Positions 5,857-11,366 of a stretch of DNA of 11,366 nucleotides are shown here, one piece after another. This stretch comes from Candidatus Eiseniibacteriota bacterium (GTDB taxonomy: Bacteria; Arandabacterota; Arandabacteria; Arandabacterales; Arandabacteraceae). The first letter of the stretch is position 1; each line of letters begins with the position of its first letter. Under the pieces are notes generated by a model. It made no database searches. It was not told where the DNA came from and was given only the letters and a program-made list of their open reading frames with translations. Location of the stretch: NCBI GenBank assembly GCA_043810925.1, contig JBDRNT010000183.1:1-11366 (forward strand), read 5' to 3'. The position numbers and the translations under genes were made by a program.

Positions 5857-7914
5857 ATGCTCAACCAGCACATCCGCACTATGGGGCCGATATGTGGTCT
5901 CTTGTGCCTGTTTGCCATCAATACGCACGCCTTCGCGCAGCAGGAGGCGGGCGAGCACCAGGACATCTTCGAGATGTCCATCGAAGAATTGATGGGGATC
6001 GAGGTTATTTCTGCTTCACGGCAGAGCCAAAGAATCGGAGACTTGTCCGTCCCTGTGAGTGTGATCACCGCCGAGGACATTCACTACAGCGGGCTGACCA
6101 ATGTCCCCGAAATCCTGCAATTCTCTCTCGGTATCGACATGCTGAGATTAACCCGCCACAGATGGGCCGTTGGTGTGCGGGGGCTGCACGAATTCATCTC
6201 CGACCGCACGTTAGTACTTGTCAATGGCGGTTCTTCTGAGAGTCCCTTGTTTGGCGGCGCAGAATACTACACGCTACCGATTCTTGCGGAAGACATCGAG
6301 CGAATAGAAATCGTGCGCGGTCCGGGTGGAGCAGCTTGGGGCGCAAACGCTTTTAACGGCGTGATTAACATAATTACAAAAGATCCGATAGATGTTCTGG
6401 GGGCTTTCGGCTCCACGACAGTGACTGAATTTGGGGACAGCTACACGAACCTTCGCTGGGCACAACAGCGAGGAAAATGGAGTTGGCGTCTGTCCGCAGG
6501 ATACGAACACCTTAGAAATTCCAACGATGCCGGCGCCGGCCGCTATGTATCCAGCGCTACAGCAACGCTGAATGATCTCATGGGTTTCAGCGGTTTTGCC
6601 GCCAATGATTTCATGCGCAACGAGCGACTTGCCACAGAAGCCGTTTATCATTATTCCGACCGTACTAGCCTATCATTCGGCACCGGTTATTCCCACGCGG
6701 ACGTAGGTGACTGGGAATGGGGGGGATATTACCCAGGGGGAAACGGCTGGTATGAAACAGTCCGGTCGTACACAAAGTTAGAGCAAGAGTCTGAAAACGG
6801 TCGCACCGCATATCTGCGTTGGTTCGGTAATTTTGCGAGTTCGAAGGTGCCGACCCTTATGAAGTGGGACTGGATGCAGAATGACATCGAGGGACAAGTG
6901 AGTCTCACGGCGGCAGGTGCCCACAACGTTACGACAGGCGCAAATGTCCGGCTTATACGACTCAACGCCGAACAACAGAACCCTATGCAACTTATGTATC
7001 CCGGTGAACCGTTCGATGAACAGTTTGCAGGGGCATTCTTAATCGATCGCTGGATACTGAATGACCGCCTCAGTCTTGAAGGTCAGATTCGTGCAGATTA
7101 TTACTCGGAAACACAAACCGATTGGGCCACTCGATTGACCGCGCTTCGTGCAATGGACAAGCAAAAGGACCACGCGCTTCGGCTCAGCTTCGCCAGGGCT
7201 TTTCGTACTCCTTTCACATCACCTCGCAGAACTTTGACTAGTCGCATCCCTTTGCCTTCACCACCGTTCCCGGCGGATCTATATGCGTTCAATGTGATAC
7301 CGGCCGATGAACTGGAGAATGAGGGAATCTACTCACTCGAGGCAGGTTATACAGGGAAGCTTACCGCAAACGTGACGCTCCGGGCAGATGCATACTACCA
7401 GCGTTACAGCAAGCTGATTGGATATACAAAAGTATACGATGCCGTCGGGCTGCCTTACCACAAGGCTGAAAATATTGATGGGGCTGACTCCGAGGGCGCC
7501 GAAGTGGAATTGACTCTTGAGGGCAAACTGGGGAAACTCTCGGTATGGCACGCCTATAACGACTTCCGGGAGGATACATCCCAACAAGGCATCCGTGCCT
7601 ATGTTCCTGCCAAACATAAGGTCGGACTGACCGGGCGGTTGTTCTGGCCGGACGGATGGACGTTTAATGCAAACTATAAGTATACGGCTACTACCCGTAC
7701 ACTTGATCTTGACACGACCATATCAGATGCCGCCTCATCGCACCGGCTTGACCTGGTACTGGCAAAGAAGCTACTCGAAGACAACTGCGAGATAATGTTT
7801 GGCGCAGCGGATGTGCTCAACGAAACTGAGGACCCACATTTCGGTATAGGTCAGCTGACGGCGCACGGAACACCCGGCCGGATGTTCTTTACGCGCTTGC
7901 AGCTAAGTCTCTGA
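5857..7914 (+). CDS. TonB-dependent outer-membrane receptor (plug + barrel)
   Basis: Signal peptide ...THAFA|QQ. N-terminal DIFEMSIEELMGIEVISASR and plug motif IERIEIVRGPGGAAWGANAFNGVINIITK. Barrel motifs LSFARAFRTP, ELENE...SLEAGY, GAEVE and terminal PGRMFFTRLQLSL. ATG 5857 follows AGGGGG (alternatives 5809, 5881). Confidence 0.93.
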   Translation: MLNQHIRTMGPICGLLCLFAINTHAFAQQEAGEHQDIFEMSIEELMGIEVISASRQSQRIGDLSVPVSVITAEDIHYSGLTNVPEILQFSLGIDMLRLTRHRWAVGVRGLHEFISDRTLVLVNGGSSESPLFGGAEYYTLPILAEDIERIEIVRGPGGAAWGANAFNGVINIITKDPIDVLGAFGSTTVTEFGDSYTNLRWAQQRGKWSWRLSAGYEHLRNSNDAGAGRYVSSATATLNDLMGFSGFAANDFMRNERLATEAVYHYSDRTSLSFGTGYSHADVGDWEWGGYYPGGNGWYETVRSYTKLEQESENGRTAYLRWFGNFASSKVPTLMKWDWMQNDIEGQVSLTAAGAHNVTTGANVRLIRLNAEQQNPMQLMYPGEPFDEQFAGAFLIDRWILNDRLSLEGQIRADYYSETQTDWATRLTALRAMDKQKDHALRLSFARAFRTPFTSPRRTLTSRIPLPSPPFPADLYAFNVIPADELENEGIYSLEAGYTGKLTANVTLRADAYYQRYSKLIGYTKVYDAVGLPYHKAENIDGADSEGAEVELTLEGKLGKLSVWHAYNDFREDTSQQGIRAYVPAKHKVGLTGRLFWPDGWTFNANYKYTATTRTLDLDTTISDAASSHRLDLVLAKKLLEDNCEIMFGAADVLNETEDPHFGIGQLTAHGTPGRMFFTRLQLSL

Positions 7915-7923
7915 CCGGCCCAA

Positions 7924-7958
7924 TGAAATGAGACCGGTATCTGACTCAGGAATCCGGT
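7924..7958 (+). repeat. Direct repeat copy B (35 bp), downstream of the TBDR gene
   Basis: TGAAATGAGACCGGTATCTGACTCAGGAATCCGGT, 30/35 identical to 5728-5762, separated from the TBDR stop by 9 nt. Confidence 0.85.
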
Positions 7959-7983
7959 AGATTGGCCCTCTTGGTGCGTGTAT

Positions 7984-8013
7984 CGGGGGTGCGCTTTGAA
8001 GCAGCGACCCCCG
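7984..8013. terminator. GC-rich hairpin between convergent genes (possible bidirectional terminator)
   Basis: CGGGGGT-G-CGCT-(TTGAAGC)-AGCG-ACCCCCG forms an 11-bp stem with one bulge. No clear U-tract on either side. Confidence 0.45.
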
Positions 8014-8032
8014 GCAATGTAAACTCGACCAC

Positions 8033-10534
8033 CTACCGGAGTACGATCACCTTTGTGGAAGCGTTGAGGCCGTCCGCTTCGACGTTTGCGAAGTAGATGC
8101 CGGGGGAAACCCGCTGTCCGGCCTCGTCATCGGCCTGCCACACGAGCTCGTGTCTCCCGGCGGGAAGCGTTCCGTCCCTGAGAGACTTAACGGCCCGGCC
8201 TTTAACGTCATAGACGGTGATCTTGACACGTCCCGGTGATCGAAGCGCGAACGAGATCTTAGTCGACGTCGTAAGGGGATTGGGGTGTGCAGACGTTGCA
8301 AACTCCGCACCGGCAAGGAGCGGCACACCTGACGTCAGATGAGGCACGGCCAGCTCGGCAAGTGCTGCGATGCCCAGCTTAACAACATCAACCGAGAATG
8401 CCTGGGTGAGATTCCCGAGTGTGTCATTGGTCGTATGGTAGTGGGGGTAGGTGAGGTTATCATCCTCTATTGCGAGAATCGCGTGATAGTCCGCGCGCCA
8501 GAAGGAGGCATGATCACTGTAAACGTCGTTTTCGTTTATGACCTTGAGCGTCGGAAGACCCGGGACATACGCATCAGCGCAGTCAACGGTGAAATCCGCC
8601 AGCCACTCTGACGGCGGATCGCAGATTAGATCTATGTCTTCGGGTACGGAGTTGACGTAGCCTATCATATCGAAGTTGAGTACGCCGTCTATCACCTCGC
8701 CCCCAAACTTGGCATCCGTAGCGTATTCGCCGCTTCCGAAGAGACCCTGCTCCTCACCCGATACACACAAGAACTTGACTGTCTTTTCGAATGGGTACCC
8801 GGCCAGGATGCGCGCAGCTTCAACCACCGCAGCTGTGCCGCTTGCATTGTCATCGGCACCCGGTGCGAGATTGTTGGGATCCTCCGATGTGCTGTCATAG
8901 TGACCGCAAATGATCACCTGGTCTGTGCTCAAGGCGCCAGGTTTTGTTGCCACGACATTCCTTAAGGAAAGGATGGCCCCCGATGGCAGATTTCCTGTCT
9001 GGTTCTCCCAGGTCGTACCGCCGTCAGCCGTGTGAAGAGTCGCGCAGCCGTAGCCTGCAGCCCAGCCTTCGAGCTCGTCAAGAAACCGTACCCACCGAAG
9101 ACCAAAGAGCGTACCCGAGCTTTGCAGTTCCCAGTTGGTACCACCATCGCTTGTGTGAATAATACCGCCGGTTAAGCCCACGGCCCAGCCATTGAGTGTA
9201 TCCACGAAGCACACGGCCTTAAGATAAGGGTCAGCCTCCGTGGGCGCAGTCTGGGGTGACCAGATCGTACCGCCGTCACTCGTCTTAAGGACAGTACGAC
9301 CGCCGCCGACGATCCAGCCGGTATCGTCGTCACCAAAGTGAACGTCGAGGAGGGACTCTGAAGTCCCGCTCGTCCGGGCAGTCCAGGTCGCCCCGTCCCA
9401 GAAACGGATCGTACCGTTCTCTCCGCATGCCCAGCCTCTGTCGGGCGCCTGGAAGTGAAGCCCATAGAGATCGTTGCTCGTGCCGCTCGCGACACTCGTC
9501 CAGGTCACACCGCCGTCAGTTGTCTGCAGGATTATGCCGCCGTAACCGACCACCCAGCCGGTGACCGAGTCGAGGAAGCAGATCTCACGCAGGGTCACCC
9601 CTGTAGGGGTTGCCTGATTGGCCCATGACTCGCCGCCGTCGGCGGAGTGAAAGATGTTGCCGCCCGTCCCCGCGATCCAGCCCTTGAGCGTATCGAGGAA
9701 GCAGATACCCCAGAACGACTGAAAGACCGCTCCGGGTTTCTGTTTCGTCCAGGTCAGTCCACCGTCACGGGTCCTGAATATCTTCTGGTCCGTGCCGGTC
9801 ACCCACACATTCTGGTCATCGACAGCAGCGACGCAGTAAAAGCTGTACCTGCCTACGGTGTAGTAGTGGTAATCGACATCGATCCCGTAGTCGGCGAACC
9901 TTTCGTAGAGATACCGGGCCGCGCTGTCGACCATTGAGTTATAGGAATACCTGGTCGGGATGACCAGGGTGTGATCGCCGAGAGGGGCGGGTTCACGGCC
10001 GCTCAACTGCGAGATGTACTTCCACAGCGTATCGCCCGAAACCTGAGAAATCATTGCCTGGATCTCCGGCATAGGGGTTATGGCCATGAGCGGTCTCATG
10101 GATGAAGGCCGCCCGGTAGGGAATGCGCCGGGCAGAAGTCTCACCTTGGAGAAGGGGAGCAACCTGAGATCTTCAACTCGGTGGGTCTCGACCGTAGCCA
10201 GATAAGTACCCGGCTCCACATTGAAGAGCATCTCCGAGAACTGCATCTCATCCTTGAAGCTCCTGGGCTTAAGCAGATACACCTCTTCACCCGGGTGAGT
10301 CCTTGTGATTTCGGTAAAGCTAATACCGCTTCCAGCCAGTCTCCTGACTGCCTGTTCGTCACCTGAAACGAGATAGCCATCCGGCAGCCGGGAGAGGTAG
10401 TGGAGCCCGAGCGAGCCCAGAACCTCGGCCTCCGCCGGATCTTCAACCCTGAGAATAAGCATCTCTTCATCCGCGTAGGTCAATCCCGCCAGCAGGACCA
10501 CTGCAAGTGCATAAAAAAACAACGACTTCAACAT
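8033..10534 (-). CDS. Secreted M28-family Zn metallopeptidase with inserted YCF48/BNR-like beta-propeller and C-terminal FlgD-Ig/T9SS-type sorting domain
   Basis: Signal peptide MLKSLFF...LTYA|D. M28 motifs NVVA, IICGHYDS, APGADDNASG, GEEQGLFGS, NFDMIGY, SDHASF, HYHTTNDT. Seven ~41-aa repeats with T/SxDGGxxW Asp-boxes (aa ~230-513). C-terminal HPNP...TKISF.L...V.I.VYDV.GR.V..L...G.H...W...D..G..V..GIYF...KVIVLR. RBS AGGGAG. Confidence 0.92.
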   Translation of the reverse strand: MLKSLFFYALAVVLLAGLTYADEEMLILRVEDPAEAEVLGSLGLHYLSRLPDGYLVSGDEQAVRRLAGSGISFTEITRTHPGEEVYLLKPRSFKDEMQFSEMLFNVEPGTYLATVETHRVEDLRLLPFSKVRLLPGAFPTGRPSSMRPLMAITPMPEIQAMISQVSGDTLWKYISQLSGREPAPLGDHTLVIPTRYSYNSMVDSAARYLYERFADYGIDVDYHYYTVGRYSFYCVAAVDDQNVWVTGTDQKIFRTRDGGLTWTKQKPGAVFQSFWGICFLDTLKGWIAGTGGNIFHSADGGESWANQATPTGVTLREICFLDSVTGWVVGYGGIILQTTDGGVTWTSVASGTSNDLYGLHFQAPDRGWACGENGTIRFWDGATWTARTSGTSESLLDVHFGDDDTGWIVGGGRTVLKTSDGGTIWSPQTAPTEADPYLKAVCFVDTLNGWAVGLTGGIIHTSDGGTNWELQSSGTLFGLRWVRFLDELEGWAAGYGCATLHTADGGTTWENQTGNLPSGAILSLRNVVATKPGALSTDQVIICGHYDSTSEDPNNLAPGADDNASGTAAVVEAARILAGYPFEKTVKFLCVSGEEQGLFGSGEYATDAKFGGEVIDGVLNFDMIGYVNSVPEDIDLICDPPSEWLADFTVDCADAYVPGLPTLKVINENDVYSDHASFWRADYHAILAIEDDNLTYPHYHTTNDTLGNLTQAFSVDVVKLGIAALAELAVPHLTSGVPLLAGAEFATSAHPNPLTTSTKISFALRSPGRVKITVYDVKGRAVKSLRDGTLPAGRHELVWQADDEAGQRVSPGIYFANVEADGLNASTKVIVLR

Positions 10535-10581
10535 ATCGGTCTTCTCCCTGTTGATGCCTTTGAGTTCATCCTCTATATACT

Positions 10582-10610
10582 ATGATATCCTAAATAGCAC
10601 ACGTATTCAA
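10582..10610 (-). promoter_or_regulatory. Putative sigma70 promoter for the M28 peptidase gene
   Basis: Minus strand TTGAAT (10610-10605), 17 bp, TATCAT (10587-10582), in an AT-rich patch about 50 nt upstream of the ATG. Confidence 0.55.
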
Positions 10611-10804
10611 TGCCTATTCCTACTGGTTCGATGCCAGAGTGGATGCTTGCGGTGCACCGCGTAGACTCAGGCTGCATACCCGGCTGGACCCTCTTGAGGC
10701 TGGTCGAATGCAAATGAGTTGCTGTAGTCCGGCAGTGGAGGGGTTTCGCCAATCCGGCTGAGAAGGCTTTCGGTGAGTCCTACATAGCGGAGGATAATTC
10801 CCGC

Positions 10805-11200
10805 TCAGGATAGCCGTTCCGTCTCACTTGCCTCAGCGGGAAACTCTGCTTCGATCATCTCTTCATAGTAGCTTTGAAGCCGGAATCCCGTGACGCGCCC
10901 AAGTATCTTGCCGTCCTCGAACACTACCACCGTGGGTGTTCCCCGGACTTCCATACGACGAGCCAGAGCGGGGGACTTACCGGCGTCCAGCTCACACACC
11001 TTGACCCGGTCCTTATACTTGGTCGCTAACGCTACAATTGTGGGAGCCAGCTTCGCGCAGTGCGTACACGCGTGGGTCCAAACATCCACAAGGCAAGGCC
11101 CCTTGTGTTTGAGAACCTCTTGATCGAAATTCGCCTCATCGAGTGATACTGGAACGACACGAGGCTTCTTCTCTCCGAATAACCGGCTCAGAAATCCCAA
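10805..11200 (-). CDS. Thioredoxin family protein (CTHC active site)
   Basis: Trx pattern LDEANFDQEVL...LVDVWTHACTHCAKLAP...KVCELD...LA....VRGTPTVVVFEDGK...R.TG. Probable TTG start at 11200 (MGFLSRLFG..., 131 aa) with AAGGAG 6 nt upstream. Confidence 0.9.
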   Translation of the reverse strand: MGFLSRLFGEKKPRVVPVSLDEANFDQEVLKHKGPCLVDVWTHACTHCAKLAPTIVALATKYKDRVKVCELDAGKSPALARRMEVRGTPTVVVFEDGKILGRVTGFRLQSYYEEMIEAEFPAEASETERLS

Positions 11201-11228
11201 CTGAAGCTCCTTATCGACTTGTCTGACC

Positions 11229-11257
11229 ATTCTATCACGGTTTGGTGATTGAGACAA
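11229..11257 (-). promoter_or_regulatory. Putative sigma70 promoter (extended -10) for the thioredoxin gene
   Basis: Minus strand TTGTCT (11257-11252), 17 bp, TAGAAT (11234-11229), with TG one base upstream of the -10. The ORF-track TTG start at 11257 coincides with this -35 box. Confidence 0.6.
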
Positions 11258-11366
11258 TAATCCCAGTCAGGATATGGGACTCTCGAGCTCTGACCCCATG
11301 GGATTGTGGGAGCCTGCTTCGCCGTGGTGAGACAGGGTGAGATGACAGCGGCCGGAAAAGTCATCC

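Noticed and set aside
8996-9847. Nucleotide-level repeats (e.g. GTACCGCCGTCA at two positions) as a DNA repeat array or DGR template/variable pair
   Set aside because: They are explained by the protein's DGGTxW blade repeats. There is no reverse transcriptase and no adenine-specific mismatch pattern.
4470-10534. Serpin and M28 peptidase as a cognate inhibitor-protease pair
   Set aside because: Serpins trap serine and cysteine proteases through a covalent acyl intermediate that Zn exopeptidases do not form. The genes are also on opposite strands with separate promoters.
10620-10804. Riboswitch or ncRNA in the thioredoxin-peptidase intergenic region (GGGG...GCTGAGA resembles the TPP 5' half)
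   Set aside because: The downstream TPP elements (ACCTGA, GCGTAGGGA) are missing, the motif is on the strand opposite both flanking genes, and only weak hairpins are present.
10740-10807. Selenocysteine readthrough of the thioredoxin TGA stop
   Set aside because: The Trx fold is complete before the stop, the TGA is not at a redox position, and no convincing SECIS-like hairpin or meaningful downstream peptide follows.
173-11123. Numerous 60-170 aa alternative-frame and antisense ORFs in the ORF track
   Set aside because: All overlap well-supported genes, lack recognisable motifs, and are expected shadows in GC-rich coding DNA.
11201-11257. N-terminal extension of the thioredoxin ORF
   Set aside because: The region holds a well-spaced promoter and an AAGGAG RBS pointing to TTG 11200.
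11270-11366. 3' end of a minus-strand gene entering from the right edge
   Set aside because: Open frames exist (e.g. ...GSELESPIS*), but they are too short and featureless to support a call.

Overview
Bacterial accessory-type region with eight protein-coding genes, mostly for envelope or secreted proteins. In order: a 5'-truncated outer-membrane porin-like beta-barrel, a YfiR/DUF4154 periplasmic protein, a YaiI/YqxD (UPF0178) gene, a 559-aa hypothetical protein with a hidden GNAT-like segment, a lipoprotein-type serpin, a TonB-dependent receptor (TBDR), a secreted M28 metallopeptidase whose catalytic domain is split by a 7-blade Asp-box propeller and which ends in a FlgD-Ig/T9SS-like tail, and a thioredoxin with a CTHC active site. 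The tail suggests an FCB-group organism (inference). The most unusual signals are non-coding. Two 35-bp direct repeats (30/35 identical, internally palindromic, with one compensatory base-pair change) bracket the lower-GC TBDR gene like a cassette. A 90-bp element with 28-bp terminal inverted repeats sits between yaiI and the hypothetical gene. Related CTGWCMCC-like motifs recur at gene boundaries. No recombinase, transposase, RNA gene or CRISPR array is visible. All calls are by eye; no searches were run.
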